A stretch of 64,000 nucleotides of DNA from an uncultured Actinomycetota bacterium (GCA_963829525.1 CAWHIJ010000003.1:704001-768000), one strand, 5' to 3'. Shown: positions 31,724-44,310, counted from the stretch's first letter. The notes: generated from the letters alone by a model not told the origin. Numbers and translations are program-made.

Positions 31724-32415
31724 GCACCGTCGACGTCATCACCCCTGACGGCACCAAGAGCGGTACAGCTGAGCTGCCTGCCGAGATCTTCGAGGTCCAG
31801 GTCAACATCCCGCTGATCCACCAGGTCGTGGTCGGCCAGCTTGCCGCCGCTCGGCAGGGCACTGCGTCGACCAAGACTCGCGCTGAGGTGGCCGGCGGTG
31901 GCCGGAAGCCTTACCGCCAGAAGGGCACAGGGCGTGCTCGCCAGGGTTCGATTCGCGCACCGCAGTTCGTCGGTGGTGGCGTGGTTCATGGCCCGCAGCC
32001 CCGTAGCTACGAGCAGCGCACGCCGAAGAAGATGAAAGCCGCGGCTCTTCGCGGCGCCCTCTCCGACCGACTGGCCAACGGCCGGGTCCATGTCGTAACA
32101 GCGATAGTCGATGGTGAGACGCCCTCAACCAAGGCAGCGGCAGCGACAGTGGCGCGGCTCTCTGAGCGCCGACATGTTCTAGTCGTGCTCGAGCGAGGTA
32201 ACGACACTGCGTGGCTCAGCCTCCGCAACCTCACCCACGTGCACATAGTCACCCCCGACCAACTGAACACTTACGACGTCCTTGTCAGCGATGACGTCGT
32301 GTTCACCCAGGCAGCGCTGAACGCGTTGCTCGAGGGCCCGGTGCGCGGGAAGTCGGCAAAGGCGGTCGCCACGTCGACCGAAGCCGCCATTGCAGACGAG
32401 GAGGCCCTGGCATGA
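31720..32415 (+). CDS. rplD: 50S ribosomal protein L4
   Basis: [15 protein letters not shown]. Confidence 0.98.
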   Translation: MSTVDVITPDGTKSGTAELPAEIFEVQVNIPLIHQVVVGQLAAARQGTASTKTRAEVAGGGRKPYRQKGTGRARQGSIRAPQFVGGGVVHGPQPRSYEQRTPKKMKAAALRGALSDRLANGRVHVVTAIVDGETPSTKAAAATVARLSERRHVLVVLERGNDTAWLSLRNLTHVHIVTPDQLNTYDVLVSDDVVFTQAALNALLEGPVRGKSAKAVATSTEAAIADEEALA

Positions 32416-32723
32416 CCGCCGCCGCTGTCCAGAAGGACCCCCGCGACGTCCTTATCAAGCCGGTGATCTCAGAGAAGAGCTACGGGCTCCTCGATGAGAA
32501 CAAGTACACCTTCGAGGTGCACCCTGATGTCAACAAGACCGAGATCAAGATCGCGGTAGAGAAGGTCTTCGGGGTCACCGTTGTCAGCGTCAACACCCTG
32601 AACCGTCAGGGCAAGCGTCGTCGCACCCGCACCGGGTGGGGCAAGCGCAAGGACACCAAACGAGCCATCGTCAGTGTCGCCCCCGGCGACCGCATCGACA
32701 TCTTCGGCGGTCCGGTCTCCTGA
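32412..32723 (+). CDS. rplW: 50S ribosomal protein L23
   Basis: [20 protein letters not shown]. Confidence 0.97.
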   Translation: MTAAAVQKDPRDVLIKPVISEKSYGLLDENKYTFEVHPDVNKTEIKIAVEKVFGVTVVSVNTLNRQGKRRRTRTGWGKRKDTKRAIVSVAPGDRIDIFGGPVS

Positions 32724-32756
32724 CCGGCGAGAGCTACCTAAGGACTGTTAAGAGCT

Positions 32757-33593
<837 letters not shown>

Positions 33594-33605
33594 GAGCCAC
33601 CAGCG

Positions 33606-33887
33606 ATGCCGCGCAGTCTCAAGAAAGGTCCCTTCGTGGACGACCACCTCGTCAAGAAGGTGGACGCCCAGAACGAGGCCGGTACGCGAAACGTCATCAA
33701 GACGTGGTCTCGGCGCTCGATGATCGTCCCGTCGATGATCGGTCACACGATCGCCGTCCACGATGGTCGCAAGCATGTGCCGGTCTTCATCACCGATGCC
33801 ATGGTTGGTCACAAGCTCGGTGAGTTCGCCCCCACCCGCACCTTCCGTGGCCACGAGAAGGACGACCGGAAAGGACGGCGGCGCTGA
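33606..33887 (+). CDS. rpsS: 30S ribosomal protein S19
   Basis: [21 protein letters not shown]. Confidence 0.99.
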   Translation: MPRSLKKGPFVDDHLVKKVDAQNEAGTRNVIKTWSRRSMIVPSMIGHTIAVHDGRKHVPVFITDAMVGHKLGEFAPTRTFRGHEKDDRKGRRR

Positions 33888-34264
33888 TGGCTACCGCTCC
33901 TTCGACCACGAGCGCCCGCAGCACTGCGCGGTACGTCCGCATCACGCCGCAGAAGGCGCGTCGCATGGTCGACCTCATCCGTGGCCTGCCGGCCGCCGAG
34001 GCCAAGACCGTGTTGCGGTTCGCCCCGCAGGCAGCAAGTGAGCCTGTTGGCAAGGTGCTCGACAGCGCCATCGCGAACGCTGAGAACAACCACGGCCTTG
34101 ACGCCGACACTCTGGTCGTCAGCTCTGCCTACGTTGACGAGGGACCGACGCTTAAGCGCTTCCGTCCTCGTGCTCAGGGCAGGGCGTTCCGCATTCGCAA
34201 GCGCACCAGTCACATCACCGTCGTCGTGTCGGAAGACGCGACGCCCGCTGGAAAGAAGGGCTGA
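33887..34264 (+). CDS. rplV: 50S ribosomal protein L22
   Basis: [20 protein letters not shown]. Confidence 0.98.
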   Translation: MATAPSTTSARSTARYVRITPQKARRMVDLIRGLPAAEAKTVLRFAPQAASEPVGKVLDSAIANAENNHGLDADTLVVSSAYVDEGPTLKRFRPRAQGRAFRIRKRTSHITVVVSEDATPAGKKG

Positions 34265-34266
34265 CC

Positions 34267-35103
34267 GTGGGTCAGAAGGTCAACCCTCATGGGTTCCGAC
34301 TCGGCATCACCTCCGAGTACACCTCTCGTTGGTACGCCGACAAGGGGTACAAGGACTACGTGAAAGAGGATGTGGCGATCCGCCGCATGCTCTCCAAGGG
34401 CATGGAGCGAGCCGGAATCAGCCGGGTCGACATCGAGCGCACCCGTGATCGCGTGCGCGTCGACATCCACACTGCCCGACCCGGCATCGTCATCGGACGC
34501 CGTGGCGCCGAGGCAGACCGCATTCGCGGCGATCTGGAGAACCTCACGGGCAAGCAGGTGCAGCTCAACATCCTCGAGGTCAAGAACCCCGAGGTAGATG
34601 CTCAGCTGGTGGCTCAGGGTGTGGCCGAGCAGCTCTCCAGCCGGGTCTCCTTCCGCCGTGCGATGCGCAAGGCAATCCAGAGCGCGATGAAGGCAGGCGC
34701 TAAGGGCATCCGCGTGCAGGTCAGCGGTCGCCTTGGCGGAGCTGAGATGTCGCGTACGGAGTTCTACCGCGAAGGTCGTGTGCCGCTGCACACCCTGCGC
34801 GCAGACATCGACTACGGCTTCTACGAGGCCCGCACCACCTTCGGCCGTATCGGCGTCAAGGTGTGGATCTACAAGGGCGATGTCACCGGTTCGCGCGCTG
34901 AGCGGGAGGCGGCGGCCGCCGCTGCCCGTATTGGCCAGCGCGGCGCGCGCCCCCCGGCGCGGGCCCCACGGCCGGCTCGTGGTCGTGATGCCGCCCCGAC
35001 CGCTGAGGCCACTGCCGCCGATGCCGCTGAGCCGACCGCTACCGCCGGGGCCGCCCCAGCAGCGGCTGACCCGGCTCCAGACCAGACGGCGACGGAGGCC
35101 TAG
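34267..35103 (+). CDS. rpsC: 30S ribosomal protein S3
   Basis: [26 protein letters not shown]. Confidence 0.99.
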   Translation: MGQKVNPHGFRLGITSEYTSRWYADKGYKDYVKEDVAIRRMLSKGMERAGISRVDIERTRDRVRVDIHTARPGIVIGRRGAEADRIRGDLENLTGKQVQLNILEVKNPEVDAQLVAQGVAEQLSSRVSFRRAMRKAIQSAMKAGAKGIRVQVSGRLGGAEMSRTEFYREGRVPLHTLRADIDYGFYEARTTFGRIGVKVWIYKGDVTGSRAEREAAAAAARIGQRGARPPARAPRPARGRDAAPTAEATAADAAEPTATAGAAPAAADPAPDQTATEA

Positions 35104-35106
35104 ACC

Positions 35107-35526
35107 ATGCTGATTCCACGGCGGGTCAAGCACCGCAAGCAGCACCACCCCTCGCGACGCGGCGTCGCCAAGGGCGGAACCAAGGTCACCTTTGGTGAGT
35201 TCGGGATCCAGGCCATGGAGCCCGGCTACATCACCAACCGGCAGATCGAGGCAGCCCGTATCGCGATTACTCGTGCGATCAAGCGCGGTGGGAAGGTCTG
35301 GATCAACATCTACCCAGACCGTCCCCTCACCAAGAAGCCCGCTGAGACACGCATGGGATCGGGTAAGGGTTCGCCGGAGTGGTGGATCGCCAACGTAAAG
35401 CCGGGCCGCGTGATGTTCGAGCTCTCGGGAGTGTCCGAGCCGCTCGCTCGGGAAGCCATGCAGCGTGCTCAGCACAAGCTTCCGATCAAGACTCGTTTCG
35501 TCAAGCGTGAGGCAGGTGAGCTCTGA
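35107..35526 (+). CDS. rplP: 50S ribosomal protein L16
   Basis: [12 protein letters not shown]. Confidence 0.99.
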   Translation: MLIPRRVKHRKQHHPSRRGVAKGGTKVTFGEFGIQAMEPGYITNRQIEAARIAITRAIKRGGKVWINIYPDRPLTKKPAETRMGSGKGSPEWWIANVKPGRVMFELSGVSEPLAREAMQRAQHKLPIKTRFVKREAGEL

Positions 35527-35762
35527 TGCCCATCGGCACCGCAGCCACGGACTATCGCACCCTCGAGACCGAGGAACTGGTCGCGAAGCTCACAGAGGCC
35601 AAGGAGGAGCTCTTCAACCTCCGGTTTCAGGCCGCCACCGGCCAGTTGGAGAACCACGGACGCCTCCTGGCGGTCCGTAAGGACATTGCCCGCATCTACA
35701 CCGTGCTGCGCGAGCGCGAGCTCGGCATCACGTCGGTCGAGACGCCGGAGGATGTGGCATGA
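35526..35762 (+). CDS. rpmC: 50S ribosomal protein L29
   Basis: [25 protein letters not shown]. Confidence 0.97.
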   Translation: MPIGTAATDYRTLETEELVAKLTEAKEELFNLRFQAATGQLENHGRLLAVRKDIARIYTVLRERELGITSVETPEDVA

Positions 35763-36043
35763 GTGAACAGAAGGCGAGCATGAGCAGCCCAGAGCGTTCC
35801 GCGCGCAAGATCCGTGAGGGCCTTGTGGTCAGCGACAAGATGGATAAGACCGTGGTCGTTGCGGTTGAGGACCGTGTCAAGCACCCGCTTTACGGCAAGG
35901 TCGTTCGTCGCACGAACAAGCTCAAGGCACACGACGAGACCAACTCCGCAGGCGTCGGCGACCGCGTTCTTCTGATGGAGACGCGGCCGTTGAGCAGGTC
36001 GAAGCACTGGCGCCTCGTTGAGATCCTCGAGAAGGCCAAGTAG
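35759..36043 (+). CDS. rpsQ: 30S ribosomal protein S17
   Basis: [21 protein letters not shown]. Confidence 0.98.
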   Translation: MSEQKASMSSPERSARKIREGLVVSDKMDKTVVVAVEDRVKHPLYGKVVRRTNKLKAHDETNSAGVGDRVLLMETRPLSRSKHWRLVEILEKAK

Positions 36044-36055
36044 GCAGGAGCTGAC

Positions 36056-36424
36056 GTGATCCAGCAGGAGTCGCGACTGAAGGTCGCCGACAACACAGGT
36101 GCCAAGGAGATCTTGTGCATCCGGGTTCTCGGCGGCTCTGGTCGGCGCTACGCCGGTATCGGCGACATCATTGTGGCTACGGTCAAGGACGCCATCCCCG
36201 GCGGTAACGTGAAGAAGGGTGAGGTCGTCAAGGCCGTCATCGTGCGTACCACCAAGGAGCGTCGCCGCCCAGACGGTTCGTACATCAAGTTCGACGAGAA
36301 TGCCGCGGTCATCATCAAAGATGGTGGTGACCCGCGCGGTACCCGCATCTTCGGCCCAGTTGGCCGAGAACTGCGCGACAAGCGCTTCATGCGGATCATC
36401 TCGCTTGCACCGGAGGTGCTCTAG
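36056..36424 (+). CDS. rplN: 50S ribosomal protein L14
   Basis: [23 protein letters not shown]. Confidence 0.99.
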   Translation: MIQQESRLKVADNTGAKEILCIRVLGGSGRRYAGIGDIIVATVKDAIPGGNVKKGEVVKAVIVRTTKERRRPDGSYIKFDENAAVIIKDGGDPRGTRIFGPVGRELRDKRFMRIISLAPEVL

Positions 36425-36426
36425 TC

Positions 36427-36750
36427 ATGCACGTAAGAAAGGGCGACACCGTCATGGTGATCGCGGGTAAAGACAAGGGTGCTGTGGGCAAGGTGATTGC
36501 AGCTTTCCCGGCCCAGGACCGCGTCGTCGTCGAAGGCGTCAACCTGGTTAAGAAGCACACCAAGATCGGTCAGACCAATCGTGGTGCCAAGACTGGCGGG
36601 ATCATTACGCAAGAGGCGTGGATTCACATCTCGAATGTGCTGCCCGTGGTCAAGGTTGACGGTAAGGACGTTCCCACCCGAGTGGGATACCGAGTGGACG
36701 AAGACGGCACCAAGGTTCGCATTGCCAAGCGCACGAACGAGGAACTTTAA
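36427..36750 (+). CDS. rplX: 50S ribosomal protein L24
   Basis: [20 protein letters not shown]. Confidence 0.97.
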   Translation: MHVRKGDTVMVIAGKDKGAVGKVIAAFPAQDRVVVEGVNLVKKHTKIGQTNRGAKTGGIITQEAWIHISNVLPVVKVDGKDVPTRVGYRVDEDGTKVRIAKRTNEEL

Positions 36751-36753
36751 GAG

Positions 36754-37332
36754 ATGACTACGACTGACAGCACAATTGTGGCACCAGCGGTGCCGCGGCT
36801 CAAGGTGCGCTACCGCGAAGAGATCGTGCCAGCGTTGCGCGAGGAGTTCGGTTTCGCGAACATCATGCAGGTGCCTGGGGTCACCAAGGTCGTCGTGAAC
36901 ATGGGTGTCGGTGACGCAGCCCGCGACTCCAAGCTCATCGAAGGGGCGATCCGCGACCTCGGCTCCATCACGGGACAACGGCCGACGGTAACCAAGGCGC
37001 GTCAGTCAATCGCCCAGTTCAAGCTCCGTGAGGGCATGCCAATTGGGGCGCACACAACGCTCCGCGGCGACCGCATGTGGGAGTTTCTCGACAGGCTGCT
37101 GTCAGTTGCGCTGCCGCGTATTCGTGACTTCCGTGGACTTTCGCCCCGGCAGTTCGACGGACGCGGCAACTACACCTTTGGTCTCAACGAGCAGAGCATG
37201 TTCCACGAGATCGATCAGGACTCGATCGACCGAGTCCGTGGCATGGACATCACTGTGGTGACCACCGCCAAGACAGACGACGAGGGACGTGCGCTCCTGC
37301 GCGCTCTCGGCTTCCCGTTCAAGGAGAACTGA
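36754..37332 (+). CDS. rplE: 50S ribosomal protein L5
   Basis: [22 protein letters not shown]. Confidence 0.99.
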   Translation: MTTTDSTIVAPAVPRLKVRYREEIVPALREEFGFANIMQVPGVTKVVVNMGVGDAARDSKLIEGAIRDLGSITGQRPTVTKARQSIAQFKLREGMPIGAHTTLRGDRMWEFLDRLLSVALPRIRDFRGLSPRQFDGRGNYTFGLNEQSMFHEIDQDSIDRVRGMDITVVTTAKTDDEGRALLRALGFPFKEN

Positions 37333-37334
37333 GC

Positions 37335-37520
37335 GTGGCAAAGAAGGCGCTGGTCAACAAAGCGGCCCGCAAGCCGAAGTTCGCGGTGCGCGGATACACA
37401 AGGTGCAACGTGTGCGGTCGTCCGCACTCGGTGTACCGCAAGTTCGGGCTCTGTCGTGTCTGCCTGAGAAACATGGCACACCGTGGAGAGCTTCCCGGCG
37501 TCACCAAGAGCAGCTGGTAA
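37335..37520 (+). CDS. rpsN: 30S ribosomal protein S14 type Z (Zn-binding)
   Basis: [24 protein letters not shown]. Confidence 0.97.
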   Translation: MAKKALVNKAARKPKFAVRGYTRCNVCGRPHSVYRKFGLCRVCLRNMAHRGELPGVTKSSW

Positions 37521-37533
37521 CCACACATCCCTA

Positions 37534-37575
37534 CGCCGTAGGTCCCCAGAGACAAGTGCAGCGGAAACCGCGGCG
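37534..37575 (+). promoter_or_regulatory. Putative S8-binding leader hairpin before rpsH
   Basis: CGCCGT-A-GGT..ACC-GCGGCG stem with bulged A next to the RBS. Confidence 0.45.
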
Positions 37576-37593
37576 AGAGAGAGTTAACGAATC

Positions 37594-37998
37594 ATGACGA
37601 TGACCGACCCGATCGCAGACATGCTGACGCGTCTGCGTAACGCCAACTCGGCGTTCCACGAAGATGTTGCCATGCCCTCAAGCAAGATCAAGCAGGGCAT
37701 TGCACAGATCCTGCAAGACCAAGGATACGTGAAGAGCTGGCACGTCAAGCAAGAAGAGGGCGCACCTGGCGAGACGCTGGTGATCGATCTGAAGTTCGGT
37801 CCGCAGCGTGAGCGTTCGATCGCCGGTATCCGTCGCATCTCCAAGCCAGGTCTTCGCGTCTACGCGAAAGCGACGGCGATGCCGCGCGTCCTCGGCGGCC
37901 TAGGTATCGCGATCATCTCGACCTCTTCAGGGCTGATGACCGACAAGCAGGCGACCAAGAAGGGCGTAGGTGGGGAAGTCCTCGCCTACGTCTGGTAA
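37594..37998 (+). CDS. rpsH: 30S ribosomal protein S8
   Basis: [28 protein letters not shown]. Confidence 0.99.
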   Translation: MTMTDPIADMLTRLRNANSAFHEDVAMPSSKIKQGIAQILQDQGYVKSWHVKQEEGAPGETLVIDLKFGPQRERSIAGIRRISKPGLRVYAKATAMPRVLGGLGIAIISTSSGLMTDKQATKKGVGGEVLAYVW

Positions 37999-38010
37999 GC
38001 GGGGTCTGAC

Positions 38011-38550
38011 ATGTCGCGCATTGGCAAGCTTCCCATCGCCGTTCCCTCTGGGGTCGACATCGCGATTGAAGGACAGGACGTCACGGTCAAGGGTCCGAAG
38101 GGCACCTTGAGCCACACGATCGCCACCCCGCTGACGGTTGAGCGGTCAGAGGCAGGTGACCTCGTCGTGAACCGTCCAGACGATGAGCGCCTTTCGAAGT
38201 CGCTGCACGGACTGACCCGAACGTTGGTGGCCAACATGGTCACAGGGGTTACCGACGGGTATGAGAAGAAGCTCGAGATCGTCGGCGTCGGCTACCGTGT
38301 CATCGCTAAGGGCAAAGACCTCGAGTTCGCCGTCGGTTACAGCCACCCTGTTGTTGTGACCCCTCCTGAGGGCATCACCTTCGCAGTCGAGAGCCCCACG
38401 AAGTTCGCGGTGGCCGGCATCGACAAGCAGCAGGTGGGGCAGGTTGCTGCCAACATCCGCAAGATCCGTAAGCCTGAGCCATACAAGGGTAAGGGCATCC
38501 GGTACGCCGGTGAGCACGTCCGCCGCAAGGTCGGAAAGGCTGGTAAGTAG
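38011..38550 (+). CDS. rplF: 50S ribosomal protein L6
   Basis: [17 protein letters not shown]. Confidence 0.99.
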   Translation: MSRIGKLPIAVPSGVDIAIEGQDVTVKGPKGTLSHTIATPLTVERSEAGDLVVNRPDDERLSKSLHGLTRTLVANMVTGVTDGYEKKLEIVGVGYRVIAKGKDLEFAVGYSHPVVVTPPEGITFAVESPTKFAVAGIDKQQVGQVAANIRKIRKPEPYKGKGIRYAGEHVRRKVGKAGK

Positions 38551-38552
38551 TC

Positions 38553-38933
38553 ATGGCACTGTCCACAAAGCCAGGACGCCGCACGGCCCGGCAGGCGTCC
38601 CGCGCCCGCCGGCACCTGCGCGTCCGCAAGAAGGTCGAAGGCACCCCGGTGCGACCGCGGCTCGTCGTCAACCGATCGGCTCGGCACGTGTTCGTCCAGG
38701 TGATCGACGACGAGGCCGGCCGCACGCTGGCGTCAGCGTCGACGATGGAGAACGATGTCCGAGTCGCTGACGGCGACAAGACAGCCAAGGCCCGCAAGGT
38801 CGGTTCCCTGGTCGCTGAGCGAGCCAAGGCTGCCGGAGTCGAGTCCGTGGTCTTCGACCGCGGGGGTAACCGCTACACCGGCAGGGTCGCTGCTTTGGCA
38901 GATGGCGCCCGCGAAGCCGGACTGAACTTCTGA
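38553..38933 (+). CDS. rplR: 50S ribosomal protein L18
   Basis: [22 protein letters not shown]. Confidence 0.98.
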   Translation: MALSTKPGRRTARQASRARRHLRVRKKVEGTPVRPRLVVNRSARHVFVQVIDDEAGRTLASASTMENDVRVADGDKTAKARKVGSLVAERAKAAGVESVVFDRGGNRYTGRVAALADGAREAGLNF

Positions 38934-38964
38934 TCCCGATCATCGAAAAAGAGGAAACAACCAC

Positions 38965-39558
38965 ATGAGCAGCGCACCTTCGCGCCGCGGTAGCGGCGGT
39001 GGCAACGAGCGTCGCGGTCGCCGCGGCGACGCCGCCGACAAGACGCAGTACGTCGAGCGCGTCGTCGCCATCAACCGTGTGGCCAAGGTGGTCAAGGGCG
39101 GACGTCGTTTCAGCTTCACCGCCCTGGTCGTCGTCGGCGACGGTGACGGCACCGTCGGCGTTGGCTACGGCAAGGCCAAAGAGGTCCCGGCCGCGATCGC
39201 CAAGGGTGTCGAGGAAGCCAAGAAGAACTTCTTCAAGGTGCCTCGGATCCAGGGCACCATCCCGCACCCCGTCCAGGGTGAGAAGGCCGCAGGCGTCGTC
39301 CTGCTGAAGCCAGCCGCCCCAGGTACCGGTGTCATCGCCGGTGGTCCGGTGCGTGCGGTCCTTGAGGCAGCCGGAATCCATGATGTGCTCAGCAAGTCGC
39401 TCGGATCGTCCAACGCCATCAACATCGTGCACGCCACCGTTACCGCCCTTAAGAGCTTGGAGCGCCCCGAGCAAGTTGCGGCGCGCCGTGGCCTGCCGCT
39501 GGAGGACGTGGCCCCCGAGGGCCTACTGAAGGCGCGCGCCGCCGGGATGAGCTCCTGA
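38965..39558 (+). CDS. rpsE: 30S ribosomal protein S5
   Basis: [19 protein letters not shown]. Confidence 0.99.
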   Translation: MSSAPSRRGSGGGNERRGRRGDAADKTQYVERVVAINRVAKVVKGGRRFSFTALVVVGDGDGTVGVGYGKAKEVPAAIAKGVEEAKKNFFKVPRIQGTIPHPVQGEKAAGVVLLKPAAPGTGVIAGGPVRAVLEAAGIHDVLSKSLGSSNAINIVHATVTALKSLERPEQVAARRGLPLEDVAPEGLLKARAAGMSS

Positions 39559-39740
39559 TGGGTCGGATCAAGGTCACGCAGCGGAAGTCCGTCATCGGTG
39601 GCACGACCAGCCAGCGCAACTCCATTCGTTCGCTGGGGCTGAAGCGCATCGGTGACGTTGTCGTCAAGGAAGACCGCCCCGAAATCCGGGGAATGGTCAG
39701 CACGGTGTCGCACCTGGTCACCGTTGAGGAGGTTGACTGA
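39558..39740 (+). CDS. rpmD: 50S ribosomal protein L30
   Basis: SVIG, LGLKRI, IRGMV, VSHLV. Confidence 0.96.
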   Translation: MGRIKVTQRKSVIGGTTSQRNSIRSLGLKRIGDVVVKEDRPEIRGMVSTVSHLVTVEEVD

Positions 39741-39741
39741 C

Positions 39742-40182
39742 ATGACGCTCAAGGTTCATCACTTGCGTCCGGCTCCAGGAGCCAAGACGGCCAAGACCCG
39801 CGTGGGCCGAGGTGAGGGTTCGAAGGGCAAGACCGCTGGTCGCGGCACCAAGGGCACCAAGGCGCGCTACCAGGTTCCCGCTGGCTTTGAGGGCGGTCAG
39901 ATGCCCCTGCACATGCGGCTGCCGAAGCTTCGCGGCTTCAAGAACCGCAACCGTGTGGAATACCAGGTAGTCAACCTGGCCAAGCTCGAGGCGCTCTTCC
40001 CTGAGGGTGGCACGGTCGGTGTCGACGAAATGGTGGCCGCTGGCGCAGTTCGTAAGGATCGTCCGGTGAAGGTCTTGGGCAACGGCGATCTGACCGTCAC
40101 GCTCCAAGTGACGGCGCACAAGTTCTCCGAGACAGCCAAGACCAAGATCGTCGCCGCTGGCGGATCGACCACAGAGCTCTAG
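39742..40182 (+). CDS. rplO: 50S ribosomal protein L15
   Basis: [24 protein letters not shown]. Confidence 0.98.
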   Translation: MTLKVHHLRPAPGAKTAKTRVGRGEGSKGKTAGRGTKGTKARYQVPAGFEGGQMPLHMRLPKLRGFKNRNRVEYQVVNLAKLEALFPEGGTVGVDEMVAAGAVRKDRPVKVLGNGDLTVTLQVTAHKFSETAKTKIVAAGGSTTEL

Positions 40183-40261
40183 ACCCCCTCCGAGCCGTGG
40201 CCGCGTGCCGCGGCTCGGCTGTTAGGGTCCCTGAGATGACCATCCGCGGGGAGGACCAGCT

Positions 40262-41557
40262 GTGATGCTTCGAGTGTTCGGGCAGGCGTTCCGCACGCCT
40301 GACTTGCGCACGAAGATCTTGTTCACGCTGTCCATGATCGGGATCTACCGCATCGGATCGTACGTTCCGACGCCTGGGGTCGACTATCCAGCGGTTCAGA
40401 CCTGCCTCGACGCTGTGAAGGGCGACAGCCTCTATGCGCTGATCAACCTCTTCAGTGGTGGCGCGCTCCTGCAACTGTCGATATTCGCACTCGGGATCAT
40501 GCCGTACATCACCGCGAGCATCATTCTGCAGCTGCTGACCGTGGTGATTCCGCGGCTGGAGACCCTCAAGAAGGAGGGACAGGCCGGAACCGCCAAGATC
40601 ACCCAGTACACCCGCTACCTGACCATCGGGCTGGCGATCTTGCAGTCGACGGGAATCATCGCCCTGGCGCGTTCCGGCCAGCTGCTGCAGGGCTGTCCTG
40701 AGCCGATCATTCCCGACAACTCGATCCAGATGACGTTCACGATGATTGCGATCATGACCGCAGGTACTGCGGTCATCATGTGGCTCGGTGAGCTCATCAC
40801 GGACCGCGGGATCGGCAACGGAATGTCGCTGATGATCTTCACCTCGATCATCGCGGGGTTCCCCGGACAGCTCAGCGCGATCTACGCCAGCCGTGGCGCG
40901 TGGACGATCCTCGTCGTCCTGGTCGTCGGTCTGGCCGTCGTCGCCTTCGTGGTTCTTATGGAACAGGCGCAGCGACGCATCCCTGTGCAGTACGCCAAAC
41001 GCATGGTGGGACGGCGTCAGTACGGCGGCTCGTCGACCTACATCCCGATCAAGGTCAACCAGGCCGGTGTCATCCCGGTCATCTTTGCATCGTCGATGCT
41101 CTACCTCCCAGTGCTCTTCGTCACCCTCAGCAACAACACGGGCGCGCTCAACACGTGGGTCCAGACGCACCTGGTGCGCGGAAGCGGTGCCTGGTACGCG
41201 TTGCTCTTCTTTGCGTTAACTATCTTCTTCACGTACTTCTACGTAGCGATTACCTTCAACTCCGACGACATCGCCGACAACATGAAGAAGTACGGCGGCT
41301 TCATCCCAGGAATCCGAGCTGGACGACCGACCGCTGAGTACCTCGACTATGTCCTGACGCGTCTTACCGCGGTCGGCGCGGTCTACCTGGCGGCGATCGC
41401 GGTGATCCCGATCGTGGTCTTCGCCAGCTTCGGTCAGGGCCAAAACTTCCTCTTCGGAGGCACGTCCATCCTGATCATGGTCGGCGTCGGTCTCGACACG
41501 GTAAAGCAGATCGAGAGCCAGCTCCAGCAGCGGTCGTACGAAGGGTTCTTGCGCTAG
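40262..41557 (+). CDS. secY: Preprotein translocase subunit SecY
   Basis: SIFALGIMPYITASII, GIGNGMS, GFIPGIRAG, GGTSILI. Confidence 0.99.
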   Translation: MMLRVFGQAFRTPDLRTKILFTLSMIGIYRIGSYVPTPGVDYPAVQTCLDAVKGDSLYALINLFSGGALLQLSIFALGIMPYITASIILQLLTVVIPRLETLKKEGQAGTAKITQYTRYLTIGLAILQSTGIIALARSGQLLQGCPEPIIPDNSIQMTFTMIAIMTAGTAVIMWLGELITDRGIGNGMSLMIFTSIIAGFPGQLSAIYASRGAWTILVVLVVGLAVVAFVVLMEQAQRRIPVQYAKRMVGRRQYGGSSTYIPIKVNQAGVIPVIFASSMLYLPVLFVTLSNNTGALNTWVQTHLVRGSGAWYALLFFALTIFFTYFYVAITFNSDDIADNMKKYGGFIPGIRAGRPTAEYLDYVLTRLTAVGAVYLAAIAVIPIVVFASFGQGQNFLFGGTSILIMVGVGLDTVKQIESQLQQRSYEGFLR

Positions 41558-42114
41558 TGCGTCTTGTACTCATCGGACCGCCTGGGGCTGGCAAGGGCAC
41601 ACAGGCCGCTGTCATCGCGGCCAAGCTCGGCATCCCGCACATCTCGACGGGCGATATCTTCCGAGCCAATGTCGGCGAGGAGACGGCTCTGGGACTTGAG
41701 GCGAAGAAGTACATGGATGCGGGTCAGCTCGTTCCCGACGAGGTCACCAACGCCATGGTGGCAGATCGCCTCACCGACCCGGACGTCGTTCCGGGCTTTC
41801 TGCTCGACGGCTACCCGCGCAACTTGGGCCAGGCCGACGTCCTTGCTGACTATCTTGACTCGGCCCACACGCCCCTCGACGCAGTCGTCGAGATCGTTGT
41901 CGACAGCGAAGCCGTCGTCGCTCGGCTGCTGGCTCGAGGTCAGGGGCGCGCAGACGATACCGAGGACGTGATCCGGCACCGCCTGGACGTCTACGCATCT
42001 GAAACGGCACCGTTGGTGGGTTACTACCGAGAACGCGGACTGCTCCGCGTGGTCGACGGTGTCGGCTCGGTCGACGACGTTACTGCCCGCATCCTCGCTG
42101 TGCTTTCGGCCTGA
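41557..42114 (+). CDS. adk: Adenylate kinase (short-LID type)
   Basis: GPPGAGKGTQA, HISTGD, LLDGYPR. Confidence 0.97.
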   Translation: MRLVLIGPPGAGKGTQAAVIAAKLGIPHISTGDIFRANVGEETALGLEAKKYMDAGQLVPDEVTNAMVADRLTDPDVVPGFLLDGYPRNLGQADVLADYLDSAHTPLDAVVEIVVDSEAVVARLLARGQGRADDTEDVIRHRLDVYASETAPLVGYYRERGLLRVVDGVGSVDDVTARILAVLSA

Positions 42115-42120
42115 GCATCG

Positions 42121-42945
42121 ATGTTCGGCCGGAGGAGCTCGATCGAGCTTAAAAAGCCGGAGCAGTTCGAGAAGATGCGCGCGGCAGGGATCGTGGTCGC
42201 CGACACCCTCCAGCGGCTGCGCGAGTCCCTGGCTCCCGGGATCACCACAGCAGACCTCGACGCCATCGCCCGTGAGGCGATCGCTTCAGCCGGCGCCACC
42301 CCGTCGTTTCTGGGCTACCACGGTTTTCCTGCGGTGATCTGTACGTCGGTCAACGAAGAGATCGTCCACGGCATCCCTGGCTCGCGCGTGATCAATGACG
42401 GTGACCTGGTCTCGATCGACTGCGGGGCGATAGTCGAGGGGTGGCATGGCGACGCCGCCTTCTCCGCCACCGTTGGGGATGCTGCCCACGAGGTAACTGA
42501 GCTGCTAAAAGTGACCGAGACCGCACTTTGGCGGGGCATCGCCAAGGCGTGCGCCGGTGGACGTCTGAGCGACATCGGTCATGCCGTCGAGTCGCACGTC
42601 CGGGCCTCGGGGGACTACGGAATCGTTGAGGAGTTTGTCGGTCACGGGATCGGCACTTCGATGCACATGGAGCCGAGCGTCCCCAATTACGGCCAGCCTG
42701 GCCACGGGCCGAAGCTGGAAGCAGGCATGGCGCTGGCGATTGAACCGATGATCAACCTCGGTGTCCGGCACACCAAGACTCTCGACGACGACTGGACGGT
42801 CGTCACCATTGACGGGCGCTGGTCGGCCCACTTCGAGCACACCGTGGCGATCACCGCTGCCGGACCCTGGGTGCTCACCGCCCACGACGGGGGAGCGGAG
42901 CGTCTGCGTGCCCTGGGCGTCCCCACGCCCGCCGTACCCGTCTAG
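42121..42945 (+). CDS. map: Type I methionine aminopeptidase
   Basis: CTSVNEEIVHGIP, GHGIG, AIEPM, SAHFEHT. Confidence 0.97.
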   Translation: MFGRRSSIELKKPEQFEKMRAAGIVVADTLQRLRESLAPGITTADLDAIAREAIASAGATPSFLGYHGFPAVICTSVNEEIVHGIPGSRVINDGDLVSIDCGAIVEGWHGDAAFSATVGDAAHEVTELLKVTETALWRGIAKACAGGRLSDIGHAVESHVRASGDYGIVEEFVGHGIGTSMHMEPSVPNYGQPGHGPKLEAGMALAIEPMINLGVRHTKTLDDDWTVVTIDGRWSAHFEHTVAITAAGPWVLTAHDGGAERLRALGVPTPAVPV

Positions 42946-43058
42946 ACGCCCGCACGATGATCAAATGACCTGGTCGTTAGGGGGCTGGGTTGGCGGCCGA
43001 ACGCCACCCTTGTGCGCCAGCACCACGTTGGCTCCGCCGACGGAGGTGAACGGGCACC

Positions 43059-43132
43059 TTCCCTAGTTTGGCGGTCGGGATTGCATTAAACGACCCTCTC
43101 TGGCACACTTTTCCCACTAAGTCACTAGGAAA
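43059..43132 (+). promoter_or_regulatory. Promoter flanked by two Rrf2-like operators
   Basis: TTGCAT(43081)-N17-CACACT(43104); TTCCC-N13-GGGAT (43059-43081) and TTTCC-N13-GGAAA (43110-43132). Confidence 0.55.
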
Positions 43133-43142
43133 GGGTGTCATT

Positions 43143-44060
43143 ATGTGGTTCTTCGCGGCATTCGCGATCGCCGGCGGCGCGGCACAGTTCGTGGATGGAA
43201 CGTTGGGGATGGGTTTCGGTGTCACCTCGGCGACGATCCTGCTCTACATGGGAGTTAGCGCGGCAGCGGCATCCGCGGCCACCCATATGGCCAAGCTTCC
43301 GACCACCTTTGTGTCCGGGCTCGCCCACTGGCGCCAGGGCAACGTCGACAAGGGCACGTTCGTCCGTATCGCCATCCCCGGTGGCATCGCTGCCTTCATC
43401 GGGGCCGTGGTGCTGGTCAATCTCAGCCTCGAGACCGCCAAAACCTGGATGGCCGGCCTCCTGCTTTTCTTCGGACTGGTGATCATGCTGCGATTCGGCT
43501 TCAACAGGCGGCTGATCCCGGCGCCCAAGCGCGGTCACGGCGCCCTATGGCTCAGCCCCCTCGGAGCCCTGGGCGGTTTCACCGACGCCATGGGCGGGGG
43601 CGGCTGGGGGCCGGTGGTCACCCCGTCAGTTATGACCGTCACCAACCACGAGCCACGCAAGGTTGTCGGCTCAGTGAATGCGGCTGAGTTCTTCGTGGCG
43701 GTCTGTGCCTCCCTTGGCTTCCTGACCGGGGCGGACCAGATCGAGGAGAACATGCCGTGGCTGGCGGTTCTGGGGCTAATCACCGGAGGCGTGATCGTCG
43801 CACCCTTCGCCGCGCGGCTCGCCGGGCGCCTTCCCCATCACGTCATGGGGACGTTGGTCGGTGGCCTGATGCTGATCGTCAACGGCAGCGTCATCGGAAA
43901 GTCGCTCGGAGTGCCCACTGCGGCGGGCCTTACGAGCACGGCTATCGCGCTGCTGCTGACGGCCGCAGTCGCGTGGCGTGCCTACGGCTACGATCGGGCG
44001 GAGCGGGCCAAGCACAGCCACACCGATGAAGACGCCCCGGCATTGGAGCACATGCCCTAG
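43143..44060 (+). CDS. Sulfite exporter TauE/SafE family protein
   Basis: AQFVDGTLGMGFGVTS, HWRQGNVD, DAMGGGGWGPV, VGSVNAAEF. Confidence 0.9.
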   Translation: MWFFAAFAIAGGAAQFVDGTLGMGFGVTSATILLYMGVSAAAASAATHMAKLPTTFVSGLAHWRQGNVDKGTFVRIAIPGGIAAFIGAVVLVNLSLETAKTWMAGLLLFFGLVIMLRFGFNRRLIPAPKRGHGALWLSPLGALGGFTDAMGGGGWGPVVTPSVMTVTNHEPRKVVGSVNAAEFFVAVCASLGFLTGADQIEENMPWLAVLGLITGGVIVAPFAARLAGRLPHHVMGTLVGGLMLIVNGSVIGKSLGVPTAAGLTSTAIALLLTAAVAWRAYGYDRAERAKHSHTDEDAPALEHMP

Positions 44061-44310
44061 CGCGGGCTACCTGGCAGATCAGCTAGGCACCGGGGGGTGC
44101 GAATCGGGGGATGGGGCTCTCAATGACCAGATTGGCCTTCGGCGCCCCATCTCCCGTAGACTCCTGTGCTTGTCGGCTTGAAGCCGCTGTTTCGTCGCGC
44201 CCCGCGGCTGGGGCTGGCGCGCGAACTGCGTGGAGGACCGGCGACCAAAGAAGTTCGAAGGAACCGTACCGATCCCCGAGGTGAACGCCCGTGAGGGCGC
44301 GAAAGGAACC

